NCBI GenBank assembly: GCA_905250005.1
Contig: CAJNOH010002073.1
Location: 1-25,900 of the forward strand
Origin: Rotaria sordida
Taxonomy: Eukaryota
Reading direction: 5' to 3'
Length of the DNA stretch: 25,900 bases
Each line of letters opens with the position of its first letter. Within the stretch, counting starts at the first letter, position 1. The translations under genes and the position numbers were made by a program. A model generated the notes under the pieces. That model had not been told where the DNA came from and did no database searches. It was given only the letters and a program-made list of their open reading frames with translations. Positions 11,711 through 24,900 of the stretch are shown one piece after another.

Positions 11711-11712
11711 TC

Positions 11713-12060
11713 TTTAGATGCCCTTAGCGAACTCAGAACACTTGAACACTTGCGGGCAACAAACTGTACAATTGATCATCTTCCATTGAACATCCCTAAT
11801 ATAATAAAACTTGATCTATGCAATAACAAGTTGATCTCTTTCGATGGAATAAAATCGCTCAACACTTCTACTCAAGTTGCAAGTTACTTTATCACACTGT
11901 CGTTCAACAATAACCAGATCAGGATGATTCTGACCAATATCAAATAGCTCAAGTATCATGAACTCATCTCCAATAATTTGACAATATTGCCTATAGAAGT
12001 CTTCAAAAACAAAGCTCTCGCTGTCAGAAAGAACTCATTCAGTGACGAAAAACGTGATTG
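11713..12060 (+). pseudogene. Degenerate leucine-rich-repeat gene fragment
   Basis: Frame pieces 'LDALSELRTLEHLRATNCTIDHLPLNIPNIIKLDLCNNKLISFDGIKSLN...FITLSFNNNQIRM', then a stop and frame change, then 'YHELISNNLTILPIEVFKNKALAVRKNSFSDEKRDWYTALAR'. LRR consensus (LxxLxLxxNxL) is visible across two frames. Confidence 0.6.
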
Positions 12061-12097
12061 GTATACTGCTTTAGCTCGGGCATCTAATACACAAATA

Positions 12098-12152
12098 GGG
12101 TGTGGGTGTGGAAGATGCATGTAAGTGGTTTATTCTAACACACTCACACCCA
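12098..12152. repeat. TGTGGG-type hairpin unit D
   Basis: gggtgtgggtgtgg ... aacacactcacaccca. Confidence 0.7.
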
Positions 12153-12281
12153 TGCTCCATGTCTGCTGTGCTTTCAACAAAACAGAATTCGTTTCTATGC
12201 GCGCACTGATAGACGATATTCAACGTGATGGCTGACTAGAAATGTCTTTCCACTTTTTACTCATTATAAATTATTGATTTA

Positions 12282-12464
12282 CTACTTCTTCTTTACATTT
12301 TCAAAGTTTTTTACAAAATCTTGAAGAGCAGCGTGATTCTCAGGTAGTGAATTTTGTCCAATTACAACAGCACGTTCATAAAAAAAAACAGCGCTTCTGA
12401 GTTGGTATGGATGTGTGAGTAATACTGTCGATGTTGTACCTTCATCCACACTCATACCTTTCAT
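12282..12464 (-). pseudogene. Remnant of a tetratricopeptide-repeat (TPR, kinesin-light-chain-like) gene 3' end
   Basis: 'FFYERAVVIGQNSLPENHAALQDFVKNFENVKKK*' matches the TPR pattern 'xFYERALxIxQxSLPxNHPxL'. Only the last repeat survives; upstream is the degenerate hairpin repeat at 12404-12458. Confidence 0.6.
12404..12458. repeat. Degenerate hairpin unit E related to the TGTGGG-type units
   Basis: ggtatggatgtgtgagt ... atccacactcatacc, same layout with diverged arms. Confidence 0.55.
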
Positions 12465-14691
12465 ATTTTACTTAATACAACGCTTGAATTAATTTGTCAA
12501 TCAATTAATGATTGAAAATTGAGAAACAATTATTGATTATGGAAAATATTAGATCACTTGTGCACCAACAAACTGTATTTGTTTTAGGTACAAACGAATA
12601 TTTGAAATTTAAGAATTGAGCTTATTGAGCGAGGATTCAATTGACATTTCAAAGCAAACCTCGCTACATGGAATATTATTTCAAGTATTGTATCACAAGA
12701 AGAGAAGATGTACGAATTGCTCCACGAATTTTTGTCATTCTGTTAAAGGGATGCATCTTAGTAGTGATCATATATACAACTTTGATGCTTCCAATGAAAA
12801 CAGATGTTATCCAAATTCGATGCAAGCTACATTTGTTCAGTTATAACAGATAGAGAGAGCAAAGATCGTTATGAGACGCTTTATGGACATCATTATAGAA
12901 GCATGTGGAATTATGTAGTAGCGATTAGATTTAGCACGAAAAACTCGTTGCAAATACAGAATAAATATTTGGAAAAAAGAATTCTCTGTTATCAGTAGTA
13001 TTCTTATCACACTATATTGAAATTTGAGGCTTATGGTATTAAATTTAAGTGTTCGAATTGTGAGACGAAACAAGTCTTTTCATTTCATTGAGGTATTTAA
13101 TTAATAACGAATTCAAGTTATTCGATGAGATAACTGGAACTTTGCCACTGAAAAAAACGTAAATTAATGAAACAACTCGAATTATTAAAAACAAGTATCT
13201 CGATCAGAAAAACCAACTTATCCCATGAAAGAATCCAATTTGCCCGTTAAAAAAAATATCTGCGTAGCAATGTACATATGAATTTTTTTGGAAAATTCTG
13301 TAAAATTTTTTTCTTTTAGATGTTGACATATTTTTAAGACTAACTTAATATAACTAGATGTATTCTGATTTATCTATCCAATAAAATTTTCCCATTGTAT
13401 GGTTTCATAAGCCTCTTTAATGAAGTCCATATTTTTCATTAATTCGTTGGATTTTCTTAACGTGTTACCATATGAGAATACGAATTGTGCCGACAGCAGT
13501 TGCTGAGACTCGATAAAATACGGCCTGCGAGACGTTTTTTTTGCGATCACGTTTTCATCTTTGTTTTTGATCGATTAGAATAAAAATAAATAGTGTTTGT
13601 GACGAAAAGAAGATATTTTTGTTCTGTTATCAGAACGGAAAAAAAAATATTTTGCTTGTTTTTTTTTCTTATTTACCTTCTATCATATTTACGATAATAT
13701 TGACTGTGCCGATAATTTACTAATTCTTTTCATTCTATTCTAATCTCTTTCCTTGATATTCTTCATCTCATCTTCTGATTGTATATTCTTTCTTCGGTAT
13801 ATATATACATACACACATATCGGGGTTGCCAGACCTTTCAATATGTTTTTTTTTGATCGTTTTCAGATTTTGAAACTTTTTCTAGATTCTAGTTTTTTTT
13901 TGAATATTTAACTAAATTTAATTTAACTATAACTTATCACTACGTATATACTGTGTCATCTTTGATTTCCTATATTAATTAGTTAGTCTTTCTTTTTTGA
14001 TTATAAGGCTACTGACAGATAATTGAATAGACTGAAAAGTTTTCCTTCAATAAAAGTAATATTATGCTGTATTAATAAAAAAAAATCTCTATTTCAATGA
14101 ACTATTTTTCTTTACTAATGAACTGAAATTTGACAATTTTTTTTATCGAACATATTTATTAAAGGATAAATTCGAACAAAAACAAAACGTATTAATACTG
14201 AATATGTTTTAAGATTTTTTCTTTGATGTGATTAGGTTGTTCATACAGACTTAACTGTATGTGTATTTTGTTTTGATTAGTTTTCTTTTTCATGAAATAT
14301 CTTTTAAGATAGTGTGTATAAATGAATATTAGACACAGAATAAAGTATACTGTGTTAGTAGAACAACATATTAGTCTTGGATATACAAAAACACATCTTT
14401 CTGATTTTGAAAATACAAATTCCAATTTTTAACTTTTTCATCCGACAACACTCTGATACATATGTATATAGATATTGGATTATCGCTTATCGGTTTATTT
14501 GCGTTGAATATATTCTCATAAACCATGTTCGTTATCTCAACATTATTTTATTCTTTAAAGAAATAAGAGAAAAAGAAACATTTCTATATAAATATTTTCT
14601 AAATTTAGATCGTTATACAGATTTTCTAACGGCATATCTAATCAAACGACAAGGTGTATATTCGATATCGTACTCGTAAAACTCATTGAAT

Positions 14692-15060
14692 ATGAAACAT
14701 TATCTAAATGTTATCTTTCACCTTGTTCAGTTACTACTCGTTCAATCTGATGATTTTGATTCAAATCATTCTTACCAAAATTTATTGACAACGACGACGA
14801 ATAGACCGAAATTTCTACTCTCTTTTCCTACCAAAAAGAGATCATCAGTATTTAATCCATATACATCTTATGAACAATTATATACTAAAACTCAAACAAC
14901 AACTCCGATCATAGCTGCAAACATTTCTCATCAACTGAATGGACTTGATAGTTTTGAAACAATGGACATCCTTAGAGAAATCTTGGAAAATATGAAGGAT
15001 ATGATAGGAGCAAACAAACTCAGAATTCCATGCGATTCACCTGGAGATAATGTTTTCTAA
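14692..15060 (+). CDS. Small hypothetical protein with signal-peptide-like N-terminus, ~122 aa
   Basis: 'MKHYLNVIFHLVQLLLVQSDDFDSNHSYQNLL...' has a hydrophobic N-terminal stretch followed by a polar region. The ORF track starts at a TTG (14686); the first ATG is 14692. Could be the last exon of a longer gene. Confidence 0.45.
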   Translation: MKHYLNVIFHLVQLLLVQSDDFDSNHSYQNLLTTTTNRPKFLLSFPTKKRSSVFNPYTSYEQLYTKTQTTTPIIAANISHQLNGLDSFETMDILREILENMKDMIGANKLRIPCDSPGDNVF

Positions 15061-15509
15061 ATAGATTTTATCAGACATTCAAACTGAGTTTCGATCACCA
15101 TCCAGAATCCCTATAGTATTGCCGATACCATCGGGTCAGTTCATCTGTTTGCCTTAGAATAAGGAACTATGCAACTTCTTTTTTGTTTCCTTCTAAACAA
15201 CTACAGCATAAACAGTTTTCAAAAAGCCTTGAGTTTAATCTCAAATGAAAGATTTTGATGAGTTTTAAATATTTCAATAAAAGAATGTATGTTATAAAAG
15301 TCTATATTGAGAAGAAAATATCTGAATAATAAAACTTTTTTTATTGGAATATTTAGAACTCATCAAGGCTCTATGTCACTTTTTTAGCCCGTGAAAACTT
15401 TGAAACACAACATTAAGATCCAATTCTCTTGAAAGCAATCAAAAATGCACTTTTCTCAGAGAAGAGTAAAATGCAAATGATTTCTTTTCCTACTAAGATG
15501 ACAAACTGA

Positions 15510-15663
15510 GGGTGTGGGTGTGGGTTTAGATAAAGAGAGTAACAGTACCCACACCCACACCCACACCCCACCCACCCACACCCACACCCACCCCACACCC
15601 ACACCCACACCCACACACACCCACACCCCACCCACACCCACACCCACACCCACACCCACACCC
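15510..15663. repeat. Left telomere-like array: short G-rich arm (15510-15524), ~27-nt spacer, long C-rich array (ACACCC)n with ACCCC/CCCACCC variants
   Basis: gggtgtgggtgtgggtttagat...aacagtacccacacccacacccacacccc... read directly. Confidence 0.9.
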
Positions 15664-15974
15664 TACTTTAAGGAAATCACACCAACATCCTGACTCGACT
15701 TATCATGCTTTCTTGTTCATTGGATTGAAATTCAGTTCATCAAGATGTTTTTTCTCTCAAAAAGATTTAAGAACAAAATTTGTCGAGATTTTGATTCTTT
15801 TTCCATAAGATTCGGCACACCATAGTACTAAAGTATTTCATGATTGGATGCCAATCGGCAAGTATTCATCATCAAGCATTTTAAGTCTTGATTGAAATTT
15901 TTCTATTATATTTTTATTAAAATTTAGTTTAAACTGTTTCTGAATTAAATAAAACATTTATAGATTCAATCTTT

Positions 15975-18900
15975 TCAGGATAAAATAAGTTTTTGTGAAT
16001 TATGGATAATACTACCAACATGTGATGTTATAGGTGCACGTAAGTCATTTCGATTTTCAATCATTTTCCTGGCAAATTCCAATAGATTATTATGAAATCG
16101 AACTTGATATAATTTCAAAGCACGACGATGTTTCTTGTTACTAACAAAACCATCGACAGTAATCCAACCATTTTTAAAAGCTTCTTCTTCTTCTTTTGTT
16201 TGAGGTTTCGGACATAAACTTAAACATTGACAATAAGCTGTTTGTTCATCAACATTTTCAAAATAAAGTGTACCATTAAAAATAAATAATTGAGCCAGCC
16301 ATTCAGGCGATATAAAGAAAGGAACCGTTTCTTTGGAATGTGCAATTAACGGAGGAACTGTGAGTTTTTGAGTATTGACAAATATTGATTGAACTCGTTT
16401 AATACGAGGTAATAATAAGCGTAATGTAGTGTTTGATGGAGTTTTGACATTTCCTTTGTGATAAAGAGAATTTAAACGTCCCATCAACCAATTGGCTTCT
16501 AAAGCACTAAGAAAAATTAAATGTTGGTTACGATAGATAATAATCCATCGTGGAGGGCGTAAAAATGGATTTAATAATTCTCCTTTAGTCTCAATTACAC
16601 GTTGAAATTCAGTTGAAATCCAAAAATTTTCTTGCCAATTATTAGCTTGACAATCATTGACAAATGTCGTGTCAGTGAAAGCATATGGTAAATGACGAAA
16701 TACATTAGGATATCGTGTTAGATCCATTATAATACTTCCCATATCACACAATTGTTTTATTGCGTCATGAAGAATAGGTTGACATGGTTGAACAGATGGT
16801 GGACGTTCTACTTGACGTTCTTCTTCCAATTCTTGTTCTAACTCTCGTTGTTGTTCTTCATCTAATAGTTGTGCTAAACGTTGTTTTGTTCCAGCATAAT
16901 CTTCTAAGCGTTTTAATACTGTATTTTTCATTTCTGTGCACATATGATGAGAAGTTTGTTCATATCGATTACGATGAATTTCGACTAATGTTTGCATTGT
17001 TTTCGAAGCTCCGTACATACTTCTGAGCTCAATTATTTCAGGTTCGGGACACTCATTTGCTAAATTTTTCATCAACACCTCGGTAAATTCTTGTTGATCA
17101 TCATTCCAATTAATATGTCGAAAAGCTGAAGCTTTTCTTTGGTGACTTAAACTTTGTGAAGCCCAATGATGTAAACCATCCCAAGTTGATTGTTGAGTAT
17201 TTTCATAAACCCAACGAAGAATATCAATCAATTTGATCAAATCATCAATATCATCTCGTTTACGCTTGCGAATTGATTTTATTTTTAATTTTTTAATTTG
17301 CTGATGAACTTCATATGAACTCCAAAATATCAATGAATGACCATGACCTAATTTTCTCATTCTCATACATGCTTGAACAAAACGATCTTTTGTTAGACCA
17401 TTTCCTAATGTAACACCAGCTTTAAATCCTATAGGAAATTTAAAATCAGTTCCTCGCGTATGAATTTCATCTAGATAAAATATACAACGATCTAATCGTT
17501 CACTGGCAGGAGATGTAACAAATGGATAATTATTCAAATGACGATCACAAACAACGATTGAATCAGAATCAAAATAAACGACATAATCAATATTGTTTTT
17601 ATCGGATAATTTCAACAATTTAATGGCAATATCTCTATTGGTTCCATCGATAAATAATGCTCCAACATCTAAAATAACGTTTATGATTTCTTTTTGATCT
17701 ACAATTCGTTTTAAGATATTTTCGGATGTTACATTAATCGGTAAATATTGATAATTTTCATTTTCATTTTTCAATAAATTATTAACAACAATTGCATCTG
17801 TTTTTTGAAGTTCAGGTAAATCATATTGTCGAATATGAATAGGAAGTAATAATTGTGTATCATTCGTACCACTAAATCCAGTGACAATTTTTGTTCGTTG
17901 TGATGAAGATAAATCCCAAGCAGAAGCTACTAATTTAGATGGAAATTGTTTAGCTTCTCGAGGAAATACAAAATAATTAAGAAAATAATTAATAACCAAC
18001 ACATTATATCGAAATGTAGGAAAAAGATAATTAATTTGTTGTTGATAATCTTTTAAATTAACACCATTCCATTGACGAATATTTTTTGGTATATCTTTTT
18101 CATCGTCGTATAAAATCCATTGGTCATAAATAGATGTTGGATCAGTTTCATTTTCACTTAAACGTTTAAAACATTGAGATAACTGTGAATCATTTAAACC
18201 GGAATAATAATATGAGAGGTGTGTTAAAACCAAAGCTACATCGGGATGACCAAATTCAGTTCTATCAGCTACAACATCTTTTGCACGAAATGGTACAGCC
18301 ATTAGACGATTAAAAATTGGACTTGGATTTACGCCATAATTAACACGATAACGTTTTTTTAAAGTAACTAATAATACTTCTGATGATAATAAACCACGTA
18401 TAATAAGAAATAATTGAATGTCAAGATGTGGAAATTTATCAACAAGATGTTCAACTGATGAATTTGTTTCTAAAATAAATATTGATATAACTTGTTTATC
18501 TTCATAACGATAATTTCTACTATCGATCCAATCCTTTGCAATTTTTTGACAAAGTAATAGAAATGGTTCGGATGTTTGTAAACGAAATTGTGGAAAAGTA
18601 CTTTTTCTGTCTGGTGCTTTATAACAAACATTATCATGAAACTGTTTGGAAATATCAGCAGCGTGTTTTTTAGCTAATTCAAGGATTTTCTGAATTGTTT
18701 TCCATCGTTCTGAACCTTCATCAACTTCTTGTTGATTACCAACTGTATAAATTAATTGATATTTAACATGTAAAATTTCATCCGATTCATCTAATATATC
18801 ACGTACATATTTTTTTAACTGTCGTTGAGTTGCTAACATAGAACGAGCAACATTAAATTCTTGTCTTCGACATTTATCAATTGTAAGTAAATCAAATGAA

Positions 18901-21900
18901 AGAATATCTTCTAGTGAAGTTAATAGAATATCACAATTACATAATGCTTGTTGAAAACGTTTATGAATTTGGTTTATTTGTTGACTATTGAAATTCATAT
19001 CACGACGACATGCAAATGAAAATATACGTTGATTAAGTAAGCCACCTAATTTATATCGTAACGATTGATAATTTGTCGGAAATAATGATTTAAGTACTAT
19101 AATACGAACTAAAGTCGAATTCGATGAAGATAAATTAACAGCTAACATTGGTAAAATAACTGATGTTTTTCCTTCACCCATATTCAATTGCATAACTATA
19201 TTTTGCGTACTACTTGCATTTGGTTGTATCATATGTTTTGCTACATTGATTTGAATTTCTCGAATAGTTATATTCATTTCTAATTCTAAAATAAGCCAAG
19301 AAATATGTTCAGATGGCTTCCAATTAGAATGTGGAATATGTGATATTTCTTTTTTGAAGTCATCCAATTTTTTATGAATAGCAAAATACAAAATTCTTTC
19401 GATTTGTTGTTCTAATGTCCAATTGACAACAATACCACCGAGTATTGTACGTTGATCTTCGGTCAATGAAGAATAAGATGGAGTTTCTTGTTGAAGTAGA
19501 GGTATTAGAGTAGTTGGTGTCATTCTTAAAATAAGACCTGTTTCAACTAATTGTTCATTTGATGATGTAATAGAGATGAACAGTTCATTCCAAAATTTTA
19601 TTGATTCTTCTCGTAAAGAATTGAGAACCTGACTGATTTCTTCTATTGAAGGATATTCTTGTTCATATTGATTATCTGCAAGAAACTTTTCCCAACTTCG
19701 AACTAATTGATTTCGAAAATAATCTGAAATTTGGCTTAGATCATTATTTTGTTCATTGGTAGAAGAAAAGATTTCCTGTGGAAATTCATTTCGTCTATCC
19801 GATTTTTTCATAGATTTCATTCTCGAATTAAAATGACCTGAATTGAAATTATGAAATTTCTTTTTAGCTTTTTGTAAAAGTATTGAATCGATTGATTTTT
19901 TTGTAGGTTTGATTTGTATTTGATAATGATTTTCAGCAAGCTCGCACTCAAATTTTTGAGGATGATATGGTGGTTGAACATGAAAATGTGCTATCGGAAC
20001 GGAAAGAATGAGATCTTGCACAGCTTGTAAAAATGATCGAAGTTCTTCGTTAGATCGCCACAATTTCAATAATCGGTTGATTTCAGTAACTTCATATGGA
20101 GTTGCTAAAGAGCAATCACTTGGATATTGTTGGTTTGTTCTCCAACAGAGTGCAGCTTTACCCAAAATTTTCACCTTTTCTGATGAATTAGAACGGTAAA
20201 TTATATCAATACGTTCTTTTCTAAAAGAAATTTCATTGATATCTGTGTAAACAACAAAAGAAGGAAATGTAATCCCTGCTAACAATATAGTCGACGATTT
20301 CAATGCTGTCTTTAACATTTGTAAATAAAATGGATTGACATTACGTTTGCTAGAAATATAATGAAGAAAATCTAATAGACTTTCGAATCGTTGAATATCT
20401 TCTGTATCATTGACAGTCGCTTGAATTCTAATACAATGAGCCATTTTTAATAAGCCAATCCAAATATCTTTTAAATTATTTTCACTAGTCATCCATTGAG
20501 ATAAAGGTAACCAATGTCGATTTGAACAGTCTACAAGATTAACATTTCCACAACTATATAAGTCATTTACAAGATAAACAACATTATAGTTATTAATATG
20601 TTTACAATATTCCGAAGGTGAGCTATATAAATTCACTTGAATACTCTTCAAAGTATCTCTTTCCATTTCTTGAGATAATCTTGCTAATGGATTATATGAA
20701 TCTCGATAATCGAAATAAAGTTTTTTCAATAACGTTTCATTGTTTTTTCCTCTTCCAAATAGTTCTGGAGTTTTATTCGACGACATTGATGGATACATGA
20801 AATTAAACAGTTGACTTGTTTCGATTAGTTTTTTGGCTATTAAGTAATAACCAAAATGTTGCATCGAATAGGGTAAACCATTTGCATTCCAATCTATTTG
20901 TTCCATACAAGTCAAATGTTTTGGATAATAGTTAACCTTCGGTGAAATCAATGCAATTTGACTGAGAATATTTAACGAAACTTCATCAAAAGGTTGATCC
21001 GAATAACAACCAGCTGAATTTAATAATTGAAAAGCTCGTTCCATTCCAGTCATACCTGTATATTCATCTGGTAAAGGATGTGAAGTCATTGCATGTAATA
21101 ATGCTAAATAAAGCCATCCCGTAGGACTATCGGTTGACTGAAGTATTTTTAATCGGTCATTGAGAACAAAAACGAAATATTGATAAGAAAATGACATTGT
21201 AGATGGTCGATCTATAGTAACAATTTGATGGTTTATGTTTGGATTCGGTTTGCTTTGAACATTACCAAAAGGTACGATTAATTTTCGATATGGATAGTTA
21301 CCTAATATATTTTTATTGACTGGTAATGGTGATAAGAGAAGACCCGATGTCAAAGACGTAAATGTTCCTAACCATTGATTTTTACTTATACACATATCGG
21401 AATATTCGCGAGATTTTATTATATTTGTTTCAACATTATATTCAAAAGCAATACCTAAACGAGACAGATGAATATGAACAATAATACCATCACACATCAT
21501 ATAAACATATGGTTTATCATCGAGGCGATTGAAATATTGATTAAATAAATTCATAAAGAATGTTGATGATTGATTAATCAAAATTTGTTTATGATTCTCT
21601 GTAGTTGTAGTAAAATATCCTGTTTCTAATGATAAAATATAAGGTATATTATTTAAAAAATCTGGCTCTTTAAAATTTATATGTCGAAATTGAAGTATTT
21701 GTTTTTTTAAGTTCAACCAATGGCTATGTTTAGAAACAAATCTATCTGGTAATTCAGTCTGAAAGCATTTATCCGAGATTAATTGAAATATTTCATTTGT
21801 TTTTGTATGTCGTTCAGTGATTGTCAAATGTTTAATTTCTTTATTAAAACAGAATTCATATTGAACTTTTTCATTACCATGATATGTATGTTTAGTAATA

Positions 21901-24900
21901 TAAGTTTTAGGTGATTCAGCTAATTGAACTTCAAATATATAACTACCAAATATACGTATAAATAATTCATTTGTCGTTATTTCTTCAGGTAAGAAACCTA
22001 CTGTCATACCATCAACTAAGAACGTTCCTTGAATACAATTAATTGATATTATTCGTGTTTCGTATTGACAATCGTACCAACCATCATAAGGGTCTTGCGT
22101 TCGTTTTTTCCATCTGCCATTCATTGTACCTTTATTTCGAATAACAGCCCAATAGATAGTAGAAAAATTATTTAAACTTTTATAAGAAGTTTTTTGTAGG
22201 AATTCAGCAATTTTTGGTTGTAGAATTACTAACTTGTGAATACTAAATCTCATCATATTCTTCATAAATGTACTCATGTTTGATCGATTTTTATTTAAAA
22301 TAATATTATCATGAATTGTCGTTGATGCTTTTAATAAAGACAATAAATCTTCATTCGATAATAACAAATAATTTATTCGATTTAAATCAGTTGAAAATGT
22401 TAATAGGCATGATATGCTAATAATTACAAGTTTTAAACGCAGTTTTTCAATTTCATTAGAAGCTGATGATGATAATATTTGAATATTTTCAGAAATAAGA
22501 TCAATCCATGTTTCACCAATTTTACGACATTTTATTGCTAAATTGGCTATTCTATCTTCTCTTGTTGAATTACAAATAGTTAACATTCTCATTGTAATAA
22601 TTGTAATAATTACCAATACTAATTCATTCTGCCAATTTAATTTACAATCATCTAAACGATGATCTAATCTTATGATTAATTCATCAATAAAATGATCATC
22701 TAATATTTGTTCATGAGCTTCTGCACACCACGAGTTACTCGATAAATTTTGATCGATTGTCTGTGGCCCATATTGTAATATTGCATGAGTAATTAATATT
22801 ACTACACTTTCTTCAGCAATAGGTAACGAATCCATTTCAAATAATACTAAAAGATTCCACCATTGTAAACGATGACCTGATCGAAACGAACCAAATTCTA
22901 TAAATTGATTAGGTTTAAGTCGTGCTGCACAATTTGATAAATCAGCAATGATGTTATTTTGAATAAAATCTGTATTGTTTATTGCACATTGTAATTGTTT
23001 ATAATCTGGATGATCGAGTTGGGGTGTTAAAATACGACATTCATTGTTGAATTCCATTGGTTTCGTAGGTGAAATTTGAATATTTAAACTATTTTCGAAT
23101 AGAAAATCTTCAACAGAGCTAGACGCAATGGAAGGTGGATACGAATAGTGACTTTGTGTGGCAGATTTTACCGAAGATAACAATTCAATTTTACAGTTAT
23201 TTGATCCTGTATAGAAAGAATGTAACTTTTCTTGATGAGGGCTTTGGGATAACCATCGATACATATTGTGCGCGATATTAGATTTTAGACGATTTATAAA
23301 TTGCCAAATGATATCACGATAGTATCGAATTTCCGTAGGCATCTGTAGTTCGAAAATAACAGCCCACGCACCAACATCGTCTTTTGGCAATGGACATTCG
23401 AATATTTTTACCTGAATACTGTTCGCTTGATCTGAAATCCGACACCTTTCACATTTTTGCCGATAGCCATATCCGTATTCACACGTGCACGAGAGATCTC
23501 TTATTGAATTCATAAGATTGGTGTAACTTTCCTTCGCATTTTTGACTTCTTGTATTTTCTGTTGTTTATCATATTCTGCTTGAATTCGAATTTTCCGTAT
23601 ACTTTCTTTCATTTGTTGTGACTGAGGAGCATAATTAACCCCGAACGCTTGAATGTCATCTATCTTTGATAATAAATCAGGATATGATTTCTGACTAAAT
23701 TCATTAAAATAATTTCGGAGATCACGAGCTCGAATCATATCTTTTTGATTAGGTAAAACTAAATATTCAAATAGATGCATCAAATCTGGAATATTAATAG
23801 AATGTTGTTTTAATCGTTGAAATCTTGAATCGTTACATAATCTTTCATGCATCGATCGAACAATTGTTAATAATGTTAGAATAAATCGACTGTAACCAAT
23901 TGGATCGTTATGGCCTCTGTCTGACCAATAATAATCCACTGCTAAACTTTGATATTTTTCATAAAAGTTGAAAAGAATTTCAAAGCGCTTGCTTTCATCT
24001 TGAGATTCTTTGGGACGATTAATCCATTGATTCAAATGTAATTCAATCCAAAGTTCTATACAAGTCAAGGTTCTGTCAATAGTATAATTAAACTTTTGTC
24101 TCAGTTCATCAATTAATGGTATATAATCATCTCGATCAATATAACGAAAGTCATTATTTGTGTTAATATTTAATGAAGATTCAAATGTTTTGTTTAAACT
24201 TTGATGACTTATATACTTTTTTAATTCTTGACATGAATGTTGATAAATATGAGGGTTATTTAGATCGAAATTATTTGAGAACGAATTGTATTTTGTTTCT
24301 TCATTAATTCGAATACATTCTTGCCAATCTGATTTAGGAATAAGCATATTGATTTCCTCATGTATTTTTTCTTTTGTATGTTGTATCCATTGGTTTACAT
24401 CGTTTAATTGAGTAGATAGTGATAATTGTTCGATTTTATTTAGTCTTCGAACAATTTTTCGAATACAATGAATCAATAAATCGATGGATATTTTCGAATG
24501 TATTTTACCAATAACATAAGTCAGAAAACGAGTGATCAATAATTTATAAATAACGGTACCGACAGAACCCAAGCGTTTGGTTAGAATAGTTTGAAGAACC
24601 ACTTTAATAGTAAGCCATAAGCCGGAACGTCGAAATGGTAAATTAGCATTATTCCATCTGATGTGATCACGATGTTTTTTCTTGAATTTGATAGGCGTAT
24701 TTGAGCTTTTGTTGATTTCAATTTCTTGAAAGTGTTGAATCCACCATTGCCATACATAATGGGATTCTGGTATATCACGTGTTTCATCTACTTGATGAGA
24801 AGCTTTCGATGATTTCGAATATTCAATAGTATTGCGCATAAAATCAAATAATAATTCACAATGAACTTTTGAACTTAATTGAATTCGATTTTTTAATCTG

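Noticed and set aside
11640-12170. Intact plus-strand LRR gene with hairpin units lying in its introns
   Set aside because: Possible in principle (CTCTTTAG precedes the fragment), but frame changes, an early stop and lack of other exons favour a pseudogene. RNA-seq could overturn this.
12616-12998. Overlapping plus-strand ORFs 12616-12846, 12641-12853 and 12804-12998
   Set aside because: Three overlapping short frames, none with a recognisable family; may be a degraded exon but not supportable.
13800-13822. TATATATACATACACACATAT short repeat as a telomere-type unit
   Set aside because: Simple AT/AC microsatellite without the GGGTGT/ACACCC inverted arm layout.
15413-15661. Minus-strand ORFs (82 aa and 67 aa) rich in WVWVWVG/GVGVGVW
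   Set aside because: They are translations of the (ACACCC)n array; a six-base repeat keeps frames open without coding meaning.
15510-15663. CRISPR array
   Set aside because: Contiguous short tandem repeat without unique spacers, in a eukaryotic context.
16784-20800. Plus-strand ORFs inside the giant gene (16784-17026, 20008-20199, 20618-20800) and minus-strand alternatives (24581-24787, 24986-25216)
   Set aside because: Shadow ORFs overlapping the strongly supported 3123-aa frame, without recognisable motifs.
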